From the NCBI GenBank assembly GCA_977020255.1, contig CDROCS010000253.1, forward strand, positions 3,038,001-3,102,000: DNA of 64,000 nt, in the 5' to 3' direction. Positions 51,441-62,492 of the stretch are shown one piece after another; within the stretch, counting starts at the first letter, position 1, and the number at the start of each line of letters is the position of its first letter. The translations under genes and the position numbers were made by a program. Under the pieces are notes generated by a model. The model did no database searches. It was not told where the DNA came from and saw only the letters and a program-made list of their open reading frames with translations. The DNA is from Obrimoposthia wandeli. Its lineage: Eukaryota.

Positions 51441-53261
51441 ATGCTAAGTTATAAAGCACCAATAGCGGATATTAAATTTTTGATTGAAGATGTTTTCAAT
51501 TATTATGATCATTATAAAAAACATGAAGAATTTGAAGAAGCCAGTCCTGATTTAGTCGACGCTATTCTACAAGAGTGTGCAAAATTCTGTGAAAATGAAC
51601 TACTGCCTTTATACCAAAGTGGTGATAAAGAGGGATGTACGTTTGATAATGGCAAAGTAATAACACCAAAAGGCTTTAAAGAAGCTTATCAACAATATGT
51701 TGACGGTGGTTGGTCTGCATTATCACATCCCTTAGAACATGGCGGCCAAGGGTTACCACCTTCATTAGGACTGGTTCAATCAGAAATGACAGGTACAGCT
51801 AACTGGTCTTGGGCAATGTACCCAGGCTTAAGTCATGGTGCAATGAATACTATCAATACCCATGGTAACGATAAGCAAAAAGAGCTGTATTTAACGCGCT
51901 TAATTGAGGGAACTTGGACCGGTACAATGTGCTTAACTGAGCCTCAATGTGGTACTGATTTGGGACAGGTGACTACGAAAGCAGAGCCAAATGGCGATGG
52001 TACTTATAATCTTACCGGTACTAAAATATTTATTTCTGCGGGTGAGCATGACTTAACAGATAATATTATCCATATTGTACTAGCAAGATTACCTGATGCA
52101 CCAAAGGGTACTCGTGGTATTTCATTATTTATTGTACCAAAAGTAAAAGCTAGTCAAGACGGTACGCTTGGTGAAAGAAACAATGTTGTCTGTGGTTCAA
52201 TAGAAGATAAAATGGGTATTAAAGCTTCTGCAACAGCGGTGCTTAATTTTGATAATGCCGTAGGTGAGCTTATAGGTCCTGAAAATAAAGGTTTAGAATG
52301 TATGTTCACCTTTATGAATACCGCACGACTTGGTACCGCCTTACAAGGCGTTTGTTCCGCAGAACTCGCTTTTCAAAACTCATTGATTTATGCGAAAGAA
52401 CGTTTATCTATGCGCTCTTTAACAGGTAAAAAACATCCTGAAAAAGTTGCTGACCCAATAATTGTGCATCCTGATGTACGTAAAATGCTGATGACACAGA
52501 AAGCGATTTCAGAAGGCGGTAGGGCGATGATTTATTACACCGCCAAAATCGTTGATGATATATCTATGGCAAAATCAGAAGAAGAGCGTCAAGCTGCAGA
52601 TGATCGTTTAGGCTTTATAACACCGATATTAAAAGCCTTTCTAACAGAACTTGGCTCTGAAAGTGCAAATCATGGTTTACAAATATTTGGTGGCCATGGT
52701 TATATAAAAGAGTGGGGCATGGAGCAAATAGTCCGAGATGTAAGGATTTCTACACTTTATGAAGGGACTACTGGAATACAAGCACTAGACTTATTAGGCC
52801 GAAAGATATTGATGACACGTGGTAAATCTTTAAATGATTTCTCTAAAGAAGTACTTGGTTTTTGTAAAGACAATAGCTTAATTTCGAGTAATCCACATAA
52901 ACGTCAAATGAATCGCTTTATTTGGCCGCTAAGTAAGTCTATTGCTAATTGGCAACAGTACTCAGTACGTCTAGGTCTTAAAGCTAAGACGAATAGAGAC
53001 GTTGTTGGTTCAGCTTCAGTAGATTTTCTAATGTATTCAGGTTATGTCGTCATGGCATATTTCTGGGCACAAATGGCACAATCTGCCTATGAAAAATTAG
53101 CTGGGGATGTCGAGAATCGTGACTTTTATCGTGCTAAAATTAAAACTGCTGAGTTTTATTTTGAACGTATGTTACCTAGAACAAAATCGTTAGCAAAAAC
53201 TATGATGGCTGATCCAAAAAGCTTAATGCAGTTAGATCAAGAGTTAATGTCTTTTCTTTAG
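51441..53261 (+). CDS. Acyl-CoA dehydrogenase (about 600-aa family with C-terminal extension)
   Basis: GTMCLTEPQCGTDL, KIFISAG, KMGIKAS, IFGGHGYIKE, LYEGTTGIQA. Confidence 0.93.
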   Translation: MLSYKAPIADIKFLIEDVFNYYDHYKKHEEFEEASPDLVDAILQECAKFCENELLPLYQSGDKEGCTFDNGKVITPKGFKEAYQQYVDGGWSALSHPLEHGGQGLPPSLGLVQSEMTGTANWSWAMYPGLSHGAMNTINTHGNDKQKELYLTRLIEGTWTGTMCLTEPQCGTDLGQVTTKAEPNGDGTYNLTGTKIFISAGEHDLTDNIIHIVLARLPDAPKGTRGISLFIVPKVKASQDGTLGERNNVVCGSIEDKMGIKASATAVLNFDNAVGELIGPENKGLECMFTFMNTARLGTALQGVCSAELAFQNSLIYAKERLSMRSLTGKKHPEKVADPIIVHPDVRKMLMTQKAISEGGRAMIYYTAKIVDDISMAKSEEERQAADDRLGFITPILKAFLTELGSESANHGLQIFGGHGYIKEWGMEQIVRDVRISTLYEGTTGIQALDLLGRKILMTRGKSLNDFSKEVLGFCKDNSLISSNPHKRQMNRFIWPLSKSIANWQQYSVRLGLKAKTNRDVVGSASVDFLMYSGYVVMAYFWAQMAQSAYEKLAGDVENRDFYRAKIKTAEFYFERMLPRTKSLAKTMMADPKSLMQLDQELMSFL

Positions 53262-53271
53262 AGTTAAAGTA

Positions 53272-53433
53272 ATACCAGTTTCATTAATTAAGTGATCTAT
53301 TTTATACGTAGGAAAAAGCATCAAATACAAGGCATTTATTTTAATAACTAGTTGTTCTAATTATTAAATAAATAACGACGTAGTTGGTGATTTTAACAAG
53401 TAGAAATGATCACATAGTTAGTGAGATTGGTAT
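53272..53433. mobile_element. ERIC-like element family B, inverted copy
   Basis: Reverse complement of 41271-41428 with few differences. Confidence 0.85.
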
Positions 53434-53458
53434 AAAGATAACTACTAACGTTTAAGAC

Positions 53459-53490
53459 AAAAAATGCACGGTTTTGGCCGTGCATTTTTG
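53459..53490. terminator. Bidirectional terminator
   Basis: AAAAAATGCACGG-TTTTGG-CCGTGCATTTTT. Confidence 0.85.
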
Positions 53491-53534
53491 TTTATTAAGT
53501 AACTCAACTCTGTTTAAACCATTAAGTGCGGAGT

Positions 53535-53666
53535 TATACCAATTGCATTACGTAAATGGTCATTTTTAAATAGCCAATAACTTCGTTGCTTTCAATATCA
53601 ATAGCCGGTTATTGCTCAATGAAGCACCTTGCTCTTGAACGTTAATTCTCATTGAATTCTGTAACC
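53535..53666. repeat. Possible third TATACC-ended element, decayed
   Basis: Begins TATACCAATTGCATTA, ends CTCATTGAATTCTGTAACC; single copy in the window. Confidence 0.35.
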
Positions 53667-53689
53667 TAAATTAATCCAAACGGTATTAG

Positions 53690-54382
53690 TTATTTTAGCG
53701 ACATAATCCAAGCAATAATTCTGCGTGTGGTTTGTTCAATTAACTCATTATCTATACATACTTGCTTTGCAAGCTGACCATATTGAAGCTGAGAGAATAT
53801 GGTATACATTATTTTTGCATCAAGCTCAGGGGTTACTTTATTGAATAGTTTACATAGTTGTTCGTAAGGTACAAGTTGTGCTAACTCATGTTCTTGAACA
53901 AGTAAGCGTAACTCCGGTGTTACTTGAATTTCTGTTAACATTAATTGCTCTACAGCTAGTGGTATAGCCTGATGCTTAATATTATCAATCAAATATTCAG
54001 AGGCCATTTTACTCAATTGTTTACACAGGGTTTCTTTCACTGAAATTTTTCTGAACTCTTTTTTTTCTATTTTCGTAATAGCGATAAAAGCGGCTTCGAA
54101 GATAGTGTCTGCACGGGATAAAATACGATTGGAATTTAATCTAAACGCTTGATGAATAAGCTCTTGAATATCTTTAAAGTAATAGGTTGTTAATGATAGC
54201 TGTAAGTCAGCATGGCTGGCAATGGCCCTATGAGTAGTACCTTTAATACCATTGAGCGCTAAAATTTCAATTGCCGCAATAAGAATTTTTTCACGAGTTA
54301 TTTCGCCTTTTGAACGGCGTTTTACCGGTGATTTATTCTGCAGTTCAGCCAGCTTTGAGGTACTGATATCTTGTACGGGCAT
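53690..54382 (-). CDS. TetR/AcrR family regulator
   Basis: HTH ILIAAIEILALNGIKGTTHRAIASHADLQLSLTTYYF. Confidence 0.9.
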   Translation of the reverse strand: MPVQDISTSKLAELQNKSPVKRRSKGEITREKILIAAIEILALNGIKGTTHRAIASHADLQLSLTTYYFKDIQELIHQAFRLNSNRILSRADTIFEAAFIAITKIEKKEFRKISVKETLCKQLSKMASEYLIDNIKHQAIPLAVEQLMLTEIQVTPELRLLVQEHELAQLVPYEQLCKLFNKVTPELDAKIMYTIFSQLQYGQLAKQVCIDNELIEQTTRRIIAWIMSLK

Positions 54383-54554
54383 CTTGAGCTCTGTTTATTT
54401 GTTATCATGGTGTTTACCTTATTTTAACATTTCTTTTCACTTGTGATAATAATGAAAACAAATTAATTTGCTTTTAATACAAAATGATATAATTAAAACT
54501 AAGAGCAAACATGTTATCTAGTTACTTTTAAGGGATGCCTCAAAAGTGATAAAA

Positions 54555-56984
54555 CTATGTAGTACTTGGGGATGATGTCATATCCTTACTATCAAAATCA
54601 TCAACTGCAATTACCCACTTACGTCCAACCTCAGCAGTTACTAATAACTCAGCTTCTACTTTTGAAATGATGTTATTAGTAAGGCCAAGTTCCGCTACTT
54701 TATCGAGTTGATAAAAAGGTAATTTTTTATTTAATTCTCGGCAAACTTTTTCGTAAATGGGCTCACAATTAATGATGTCTTCAAGTACTTGCTCTAATCT
54801 CCCAAAAATATTAGCGCCATCACGTGTTAAGTATTGTCCTTGACCTAAGCGAGTACGAGTGGCACAAGGGGTTTGTAATAATTGCGCCACTTTATGTGCT
54901 ATTTCATCACTGGGTTTATTTAACCAGGTACCTAGAGGGAAAATGATAACACGTAAAATTTTTGCAATGATTTTGTTTGGAAAATTGCTAATCAGTTCAT
55001 CAATCGCATGTTGAATATTATAGAGACAATCCTCAACAGCCCATTGTACTAGAGGCAAGTCGGTAGTAATCCTTCCTTCATCATTATAACGTTTCAAGGT
55101 TGCGCTAGCTAAGTACAGTTGACTTAGTACATCGCCTAGCCTAGCTGAAATTCGTTCTTTACGTTTTAAATCTGCACCAAGTGACAGCATAGCAATATCC
55201 GAAAGCATGGCTAGGTTGGCACTAAAGCGAGTTAGTAATTGATAATATCGGCGAGTTTCATCATTATATGGGCTACCTAAGAAACGTGAACCGGTAATAG
55301 AACACCATAAACTACGACTAATATTACTGATGCTAAAACCTATATGACCAAACAGGGCATTGTCAAAATCATTGAGCGCTTGTTCATTATCACTGTTATT
55401 TGCTGCTTCTAATTCTGCTAATACGTATGGATGGCAACGAATGGCGCCTTGACCATAAATGATCATACTGCGAGTAAGGATATTGGCACCTTCAACCGTC
55501 ACAGCAATGGGTGCGCCCTGATATCCCCGTGCTAGATAATTGTTTGGTCCCATGCAAATACCTTTACCGCCATGGATGTCCATAGCATCTATCATGGATG
55601 AGCGCATTTTTTCTGTTAGGTGGTACTTAGCGATGGCAGAAATAACGGAGGGCTTTTCACCTAAATCGATGGCACCGGTTGACATAGTCGTGACTGCATC
55701 CATTAAGTAGGCATTAGCGCCTATACGGGCCAATGGTTCTTCAATACCTTCCATTTTACCTATAGGCATTTTAAATTGACGTCTTATACGGCTATACGCG
55801 CCGGTCGCTAAAGCAGCTGTTTTAACTCCTCCCGCACTATTTGAAGGTAAGGTTATCGCTCTACCAACAGAAAGGCACTCAACTAACATACGCCAACCTT
55901 GGCCGGCCATATCCGCGCCACCAATAATAAAATCTAGTGGGACAAAAACATCACTACCTTGTGTTGGACCATTTTGAAAAGGGATATTGAGTGGAAAATG
56001 TCTTCGACCAATGGTGATACCTGATAAATCGGTTGGAATGAGCGCACAAGTAATACCTAAGTCTTCTTGCTCAGATAGCAGCTTATCAGGGTCTTGTAAT
56101 TTAAAGGCTAAGCCTAAAACGGTCGCAATAGGAGCAAGGGTGATGTAACGTTTATCCCAAGTTAGTCTCATCCCTAAAACATCTTTGCCATCAAATTGAC
56201 CATGGCAAATAATACCAAAATCAGGAATAGATCCGGCATCAGAGCCAGCCTCAGGGCTAGTAAGGGCAAAACAAGGGATCTCTTCACCTGAAGCCAAACG
56301 TGGTAAGTAATAGTCTTGTTGTGCTTTAGTTCCGTATTCTTGCAGTAATTCTCCTGGACCTAAAGAGTTGGGAACCCCAACCGTACTAGCAAGCACTGAG
56401 CTTACCCCGGTGAGTTTTTGTAATACCCGAGATTGGGCATAAGCTGAGAATTCTAAGCCACCGTATTTTTTTTTGATAATCATGGCAAAAAATTTGTTTT
56501 CTTTTAAGAACTGCCATATTTCTGGTGGAAGATCGGCAATTTCATGGGTAATATGCCAATCGTTAACCATGGCACAAACTTGCTCAACAGGGCCATTTAA
56601 AAATGCTTTTTCTTGAGAGCTCAGTCTAGGGCGAGGGTAATTGTGCAGTTTTTTCCAGTCAGGGTCACCACGAAATAAATCAGCATCAAACCAGGTAGTA
56701 CCAGCATCTATCGCTTCTTGTTCAGTTGAGGACATTTGTGGCATTATTTTTTTAAAAATAGCCAATAAAGGCATACTAATAAATTGTTGACGAATATTAT
56801 CTATGTTTATCGGCAAAGCTATAACAGCAAAAAGCAGCCAAGAAACAATGCCGATTATGTTAAATAATGATCCTAACACCATCAAAACGGCAAAGCTTAA
56901 GGTATAGCTTGATAATGATGCTCTTGTGTAGCTCATAAACCACGTTAACGATAGTGCGATAAACAACCAAATAATAATATCCAC
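54555..56984 (-). CDS. fadE: Acyl-CoA dehydrogenase FadE
   Basis: N-terminal TM region; [42 protein letters not shown]. Confidence 0.95.
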   Translation of the reverse strand: MDIIIWLFIALSLTWFMSYTRASLSSYTLSFAVLMVLGSLFNIIGIVSWLLFAVIALPINIDNIRQQFISMPLLAIFKKIMPQMSSTEQEAIDAGTTWFDADLFRGDPDWKKLHNYPRPRLSSQEKAFLNGPVEQVCAMVNDWHITHEIADLPPEIWQFLKENKFFAMIIKKKYGGLEFSAYAQSRVLQKLTGVSSVLASTVGVPNSLGPGELLQEYGTKAQQDYYLPRLASGEEIPCFALTSPEAGSDAGSIPDFGIICHGQFDGKDVLGMRLTWDKRYITLAPIATVLGLAFKLQDPDKLLSEQEDLGITCALIPTDLSGITIGRRHFPLNIPFQNGPTQGSDVFVPLDFIIGGADMAGQGWRMLVECLSVGRAITLPSNSAGGVKTAALATGAYSRIRRQFKMPIGKMEGIEEPLARIGANAYLMDAVTTMSTGAIDLGEKPSVISAIAKYHLTEKMRSSMIDAMDIHGGKGICMGPNNYLARGYQGAPIAVTVEGANILTRSMIIYGQGAIRCHPYVLAELEAANNSDNEQALNDFDNALFGHIGFSISNISRSLWCSITGSRFLGSPYNDETRRYYQLLTRFSANLAMLSDIAMLSLGADLKRKERISARLGDVLSQLYLASATLKRYNDEGRITTDLPLVQWAVEDCLYNIQHAIDELISNFPNKIIAKILRVIIFPLGTWLNKPSDEIAHKVAQLLQTPCATRTRLGQGQYLTRDGANIFGRLEQVLEDIINCEPIYEKVCRELNKKLPFYQLDKVAELGLTNNIISKVEAELLVTAEVGRKWVIAVDDFDSKDMTSSPSTT

Positions 56985-57130
56985 AAGGATTTCCTTTTAA
57001 TGTCTGTTTTGTGTGAAGAGCAAAGAGATAAAAAGTATTTGAATTTAAAATAATTTTTAGTAAATGATATACTCTATTTATAGAATATATTGTAAGTTTA
57101 GCCAAGCACATTTTACTTTTAAGTGCTTAA

Positions 57131-57327
57131 TATACCCGTTCCACTTGAAGATGCTCGTTTCAGGAAACCTGAGCGAATCATAATCAAGGCACGTTTTTTG
57201 TTAATGGTTATCCAGGAGAATAAGCTCCTGCATTCTCTAATAACACCATCCATGTAACGTCCTTAGCAACAAATGTAACGACGGATATGTTTTGCTTAGT
57301 TTTCCCCAAAGGGCTGGAACGGGTATA
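57131..57327. mobile_element. ERIC-like element family A with cassette and right-arm deletion
   Basis: TATACCCGTTCCACTTGAAG start; cassette about 57209-57263 on the minus strand; GGGCTGG joined to TGGAACGGGTATA. Confidence 0.85.
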
Positions 57328-57457
57328 ACATGGAAGATATTAAAGAGATCATCAGTGTTTCTCTTAATCTTTTTAATTAATCTTTAAATACACAGATTCG
57401 ATAAAAAGTGAATTTTTTGTGAATAGCTAAACTGGATACAAAGTAATAATGTTCAGC

Positions 57458-57506
57458 CCCGCATTCAAACTAAAAAGTAGTTCGTACTTTTCAGTTTGAA
57501 TGCGGG
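57458..57506. other. Long near-perfect hairpin just after the Hsp70 operon stop
   Basis: CCCGCATTCAAACT-AAAAAGTA...TACTTTTC-AGTTTGAATGCGGG; no adjacent U tract on the minus strand. Confidence 0.6.
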
Positions 57507-57511
57507 ACAGT

Positions 57512-60376
57512 TTAACTGGCAGTATCGGCTGGCAATAACTTCAGTCCGCTTGGTAAGGCATCACCAAAAATCCGTTTAGTTTCGACTTCAGTTAATTCCG
57601 TCACTTCACTTACCATCTTCAGCCAACTGTCTGGTGCACGACTGTTTTTCAACTTCGTGATGACTAATTGACGGGCTTGCTCGTCAATGTCACGGCTTCG
57701 ATCACCACATTTTCGGGTCATCATCACCGCAGAAAAACCAATATGCGGTTGCTTTTTCCAGTCACACGCCAATAATTGTGGTAACCAGGCTTCAACCTGC
57801 TCTGGCCCGATCATATTATGACTGCTGCCATAAAACGGGCTGCGTGACGCAATACGGCCAATGGCCCACCAACTCGATTGCGTTGCTGTTTTTTTCAGCC
57901 GCACCAATAACCAGTTCACCAACTCTACTTTTACGTCAATGCTCAGGTGTTCCATTGACGCTGCCAGTCGCACCATTTCCTCATAAGCACGGTTGTTCAA
58001 TTCGCTGCTCAGTTTACGGTTTTTCAAAACGGCTGGATTAATATATTTGGCAATATCACCATAAATAGTCTGCTGCTGCTGTGCAGTTAAGCCACCGGCA
58101 ATGCGACGCCAAAATATCCACCAATCACTCCATGCCAAGTTCGTGGTATTGAACTGTAACCCAGCCTGATACAGTGGCCAGCACTGCTCAATACGCTGCG
58201 GGTCAATCGGGTAACCAAAACCGGGGCGTAACGTAAAACTAGCCAGTTTGAACCAGTTACGTTCGTGTAGATCACTGCGGCGACGATTTTTTAGATCACC
58301 GAGCAATTGATCAGCTAACGCTCGTAGTACCGGTGTCGGCCATAAATCACGTTTCCCGAGCAGCTTTTCCAGCTCTGGACGCAGTTGTTTAACCGCTTTC
58401 GGGTCGGACTGTTTTAGTTTTTGACCATAAACATGCTGCAATTGTGCGCTGGCTTGAGAAAATTTCGGCGGTAAGCTGATTGGCTCAACGGTGTCCTGCT
58501 CATCATCTTGATCTAATTGCGTCAATTGCTGACGTAACTGAAATTCAACTTGCCAACGTTGTTGCGGCAACATTAAGCTGACACATTCAAGTTTTAATGT
58601 GCCGACTTCGGTTAACCTGACGGCAAGATTTACGGTAACGTCAGCTTTATTGTCTAAGCGAGTGTTATCACTCTCCTCAGCCGAGAGTTGAGCAATTAAC
58701 GGCGGTAAAGTGACAAACTGTGACTGATTGGCATCAATCAATGTACCCGGTAAAAATTCATCTTCGGCCGTGGTGGAAACCAAGCGGAAACTAACTGGTT
58801 GTCCTAGTCGTAAGACAAATTGTTGCTCAGTTAAAAAAATTTCTGTTTCTTGCTCTGTGCCTTTAGACAATAAGCAAATGGCACGTTGTGGTTGTGTGTT
58901 ATCAGCAACTGCCGCCTCATCTAATAGCAAGAAAAACGAGCGAGCAGAGCCGCCGCCAATGGTTAAATGTGCCCCTCGGCGCGCCATCGAATAAGCCACC
59001 GCGCCATAAGCCACGGCTAAATCGGGATGTTTATTTTCCAGCTCGGTCACAGGCTGGCCACGCCAGTGTTCAAATAGATCACAGGCACGCTGTTTAATCA
59101 GCAGACTATTAAAGACGCCACCATTGAATAAAACTGCGCTTGGAATAGCATGCGCTTGATCATTTTCAGCCATGCCCAATGCTTGACGACAACTGCTTTG
59201 ATGGGCGGCTAAAAATTGGGACAAATGTTTACTAATCGCTGGATCGGCGGCATAAGGTAAGCCAAATTCAACCATCGCACTGCGTGATTGTTGAGGCTGC
59301 TGTGCAAAATCAGTCAACGGGAAGAAACCATCCAGTGCAACCTGATGGACTTGGCTTTTGGTTAATTGACAGCTTTTAGCCCCGCCAATCAACCGTGAAC
59401 CACTGCCCAATACGGTTACCGTGGCTGACTCTTTGGCATTATCAGCCAGTAACGCTTCTTTGGCGATGCGAGTTTGCTGAATCAATTGTGATAATGCAGC
59501 ACTGTTGAGTTTTTTGTTACCTTGATTTAGCTGTTGCTCTGCGCTATGTGCGAGGGCTAAATCAACATTGTCTCCCCCCAACATCAGATGGTCACCCACC
59601 CCAATTCGGCTTAAGGTTAACTCGCCTTTTTCACTGCCGACACTAATCAGGCTTAAATCGGTGGTACCACCGCCAACATCACAGACCATTAATAGCGGAA
59701 TATCTTGCAACAGTTGCTTTGCTTGTGTGTGATGACGATTATACCAGTCATAACATACCGCCTGAGGCTCTTCTAATAAGACAATATCAGTTAAACCCGC
59801 TAACGCTGCGGCTTCAACTGTCAGGCTACGTGCTGCTTCATCAAAGGAGGCTGGCACGGTGATCACCACTTGTTGCGCAGCTAAGTGATGTTCTGGATGG
59901 GCATGATCCCATGCATGACAAATATGACTTAAGTAACTGGCACTGGCGATCACTGGCGAGATCTGAGGAATTTCTTGCGCGGCTCCCCACGGCAAAATAG
60001 CCGCACGGCGATCAACCTGAGGGTGAGAGAGCCAGCTTTTAGCACTGCTGACCAGACGGCCTGCCACTTTAGAGCCGAGTTCACGTGCCCATTGGCCAAT
60101 AATGACCTGAGGCAACTCGCCCTGCAGTGGTTTGGTTTGCCATGGCAATACTAAGTCTTCCGCCGCTAGTTCACCTGCGGTAGGATGATAACGAAAAGAA
60201 GGTAACAGTGGTTTTTTCGCCACTTCACCGGGCGCAACCAATTGTTCAATTTCAAAAATGTTAATTTGTTCGCTGCTTAACGGCTGGGTAAGATCCGCAT
60301 AAGCGACCACGGTATGCGTGGTGCCAAGATCGATACCGATTAAGAAACGCGCCGATGATGTCTGACGAGTGCTCAT
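57512..60376 (-). CDS. Atypical Hsp70-family ATPase with long helical C-terminal domain (DUF3731-like)
   Basis: GIDLGTT, SAKSWL, TVPASFD, LEEPQA, DVGGGTTDLS, GDHLMLGGDNVD; about 330-aa Trp/Arg-rich helical tail. Confidence 0.88.
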   Translation of the reverse strand: MSTRQTSSARFLIGIDLGTTHTVVAYADLTQPLSSEQINIFEIEQLVAPGEVAKKPLLPSFRYHPTAGELAAEDLVLPWQTKPLQGELPQVIIGQWARELGSKVAGRLVSSAKSWLSHPQVDRRAAILPWGAAQEIPQISPVIASASYLSHICHAWDHAHPEHHLAAQQVVITVPASFDEAARSLTVEAAALAGLTDIVLLEEPQAVCYDWYNRHHTQAKQLLQDIPLLMVCDVGGGTTDLSLISVGSEKGELTLSRIGVGDHLMLGGDNVDLALAHSAEQQLNQGNKKLNSAALSQLIQQTRIAKEALLADNAKESATVTVLGSGSRLIGGAKSCQLTKSQVHQVALDGFFPLTDFAQQPQQSRSAMVEFGLPYAADPAISKHLSQFLAAHQSSCRQALGMAENDQAHAIPSAVLFNGGVFNSLLIKQRACDLFEHWRGQPVTELENKHPDLAVAYGAVAYSMARRGAHLTIGGGSARSFFLLLDEAAVADNTQPQRAICLLSKGTEQETEIFLTEQQFVLRLGQPVSFRLVSTTAEDEFLPGTLIDANQSQFVTLPPLIAQLSAEESDNTRLDNKADVTVNLAVRLTEVGTLKLECVSLMLPQQRWQVEFQLRQQLTQLDQDDEQDTVEPISLPPKFSQASAQLQHVYGQKLKQSDPKAVKQLRPELEKLLGKRDLWPTPVLRALADQLLGDLKNRRRSDLHERNWFKLASFTLRPGFGYPIDPQRIEQCWPLYQAGLQFNTTNLAWSDWWIFWRRIAGGLTAQQQQTIYGDIAKYINPAVLKNRKLSSELNNRAYEEMVRLAASMEHLSIDVKVELVNWLLVRLKKTATQSSWWAIGRIASRSPFYGSSHNMIGPEQVEAWLPQLLACDWKKQPHIGFSAVMMTRKCGDRSRDIDEQARQLVITKLKNSRAPDSWLKMVSEVTELTEVETKRIFGDALPSGLKLLPADTAS

Positions 60377-60407
60377 TCAAACTCCGAAATAAGTGATTTA
60401 ATTTTGA

Positions 60408-60498
60408 GAAGGGAACAACCCTTCTCTTCAATCAATGCCTTGCCTAAAGGCATTTCTAATTCCAGCTGAATCATGCATCTTCAAGTGGAACGGGTATA
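60408..60498. mobile_element. Single-arm fragment of family A inside the Hsp70 operon
   Basis: GGGAACAACC.TTCTCTTCAATCAATGCCTTGCCTAAAG...CTTCAAGTGGAACGGGTATA matches 44146-44231. Confidence 0.8.
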
Positions 60499-60562
60499 CG
60501 ACGACAAGGGTGTGCGCGTTAATCGATGAGATAAGAGACAATGTGATGTGTTTAATATGTCT

Positions 60563-60598
60563 GTTACCTAATGGCAGCGTACTATCCCATTAGGTAAC
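60563..60598. other. Perfect 12-bp stem between the two Hsp70 genes
   Basis: GTTACCTAATGG-N12-CCATTAGGTAAC. Confidence 0.6.
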
Positions 60599-60653
60599 GG
60601 AGTCTAATTACTACAGTATCGTCATCGTATTGATCGGCAACAACGCTGAATAG

Positions 60654-62492
60654 TTATTTACTTCTCACTTCAAATTCAACCTGCCAGCGCTCGGCACCAT
60701 CACGTGGAATAGCTTCAAGTGCTAAGGTGCCAACCTCAGTCACTCGGGCAGCCAAACGCACTGGCACTACTTCGCCAGCACTGCGTCCTGCTAATGGCAA
60801 GTTCACTTCAATGGCTGGTAACTGTTCTAACTCTTCCGGCTCCCAGTAATCAAGTAAAATTCCCGGTTGATCATCACGGCGCACTGTTGAGCCAAAAAAC
60901 TTAAATTGTACTGGCTGACCAACCACCAAGCCAAATTCGCGGCCTGGTACTTCAAGCTGTGCGCCTTCTTCCATGCCAAATGGCGCAACACATAACGCTT
61001 CAATTGGTGGCTCCATGCCTGGAATTGCTGGCATCGCACTTTCAATGCCAACATAATAAGCACTGGCAATTCCGCCGCGAATTCTAACTCCTTTTCCCTG
61101 ACGCACATAACCATAATAAGCCGCACCACTGGCAACCGCTAAGTCGAGATCTAACCCCGTCAGTAACTTCGCCTCAGCCGCATCAGCCGTTGTTAACCAG
61201 CGATTAATATTAGCAAACAAACGCTCACTTAATAACGGAGATTTTAAAACACCACCATTAAATAATACTGCGGTCGGTTTAATAAACTCATCAGCCTCGG
61301 TGCCAAACAATTCAGCAACAGCCGCTTGTTGTCGGCTCAGGAAGCCAGCCAAATGACGAGAAATGGCGGCATCTTGCGCATAAGGTAAGCCCATTTGCGT
61401 TAAGGCACCGCGCTGCTGTTCAACCGGATGTTCGCTAATGTCAGTGGCGGGGAAGAAACCTTCCACCAATGTTTGCTGTACTTCTTGCTGCGTTAATTCT
61501 GTTTGTAAGGTACCCGCCATTAATTTAGAACCGCGACTCGGCACGACAATAGCTACTTCAGCTAAGTCTGGATCATTAAGTAAGGCTTCTTTAGCATTAC
61601 GACAAGCCTGAGTAATGCCCTGAATTTGCCATGGCTGTAAATTTTTACCTTGCTGGGCCAGTTTTGCTTTTAAACGATAGGCCAGCGCTAAATCCATATT
61701 GTCACCGCCGAGCAAAATATGATCACCAACAGCAACACGATTTAAGCTCAGATTACCTTCTTCTTCAGTGACGGCTACCAAAGAGAGATCGGTCGTGCCA
61801 CCTCCAATATCAACAACGAGAATAACATCACCAACACTGACCTGATCGCGCCAAGCTTGATTATGATTATGAATCCAGCTATATAATGCAGCCTGCGGCT
61901 CTTCAAGTAAGGTTACCTTAGTAAAGCCAACGTCAGTGGCAGCCTGAGCCGTAAGCTCGCGCGCAGCGGGATCAAATGAAGCAGGCACGGTAATCGTAAT
62001 ATCTTGTTGCGCCAGCAGATCTTGTGGAAAACGATGATCCCAAGCGGCTTTTAAATGTTCTAGATATGCACAAGCAGCCGCCACGGGTGATAACTTACTC
62101 ACTTCATCTGGGCTATTAAAAGGTAAAAAATCACTGTGGCGATCAACACCGCTATGACATAACCAACTTTTAGCACTCGCGATTAATCGCAAGGGCGTTT
62201 TACTGCCTAAATGACGCGCCATTGCGCCAACAATCAAGCTTGGTTTTGATTGCCAAGGTAATGCGATGTCGCCCTCAGCTAATTCAGCTTCATGGGCTTG
62301 GTAAATAAAAGAAGGTAATTGTGATTTTTCTTCAACGCTGCCCGGTGTGCTTAATTGCGGAATGGCTAATACTTGATGAGTTAATTGCTCTTCATCACTG
62401 CTTAAGTCGACATACGAAAGCACACAATGTGTGGTACCGAGATCGATGCCAACACTATAATGCGCATTATTTTCAGTGATTAACTGACTCAT
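60654..62492 (-). CDS. Atypical Hsp70-family ATPase lacking the helical lid
   Basis: GIDLGTT, SAKSWL, TVPASFD, LEEPQAA, DIGGGTTDLS, GDHILLGGDNMD; ends RWQVEFEVRSK. Confidence 0.9.
   Translation of the reverse strand: MSQLITENNAHYSVGIDLGTTHCVLSYVDLSSDEEQLTHQVLAIPQLSTPGSVEEKSQLPSFIYQAHEAELAEGDIALPWQSKPSLIVGAMARHLGSKTPLRLIASAKSWLCHSGVDRHSDFLPFNSPDEVSKLSPVAAACAYLEHLKAAWDHRFPQDLLAQQDITITVPASFDPAARELTAQAATDVGFTKVTLLEEPQAALYSWIHNHNQAWRDQVSVGDVILVVDIGGGTTDLSLVAVTEEEGNLSLNRVAVGDHILLGGDNMDLALAYRLKAKLAQQGKNLQPWQIQGITQACRNAKEALLNDPDLAEVAIVVPSRGSKLMAGTLQTELTQQEVQQTLVEGFFPATDISEHPVEQQRGALTQMGLPYAQDAAISRHLAGFLSRQQAAVAELFGTEADEFIKPTAVLFNGGVLKSPLLSERLFANINRWLTTADAAEAKLLTGLDLDLAVASGAAYYGYVRQGKGVRIRGGIASAYYVGIESAMPAIPGMEPPIEALCVAPFGMEEGAQLEVPGREFGLVVGQPVQFKFFGSTVRRDDQPGILLDYWEPEELEQLPAIEVNLPLAGRSAGEVVPVRLAARVTEVGTLALEAIPRDGAERWQVEFEVRSK

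Noticed and set aside
59020-59040. HPD tripeptide in the large Hsp70 as a J-domain signature
   Set aside because: Context NKHPDLAVAYGA aligns with the Hsp70 NPDEAVA.GA motif in the ATPase domain, not a J-domain
57778-61135. Alternative-frame ORFs inside the Hsp70 genes; the track translations do not always match the stated position
   Set aside because: Shadow ORFs favoured by higher GC; no independent support
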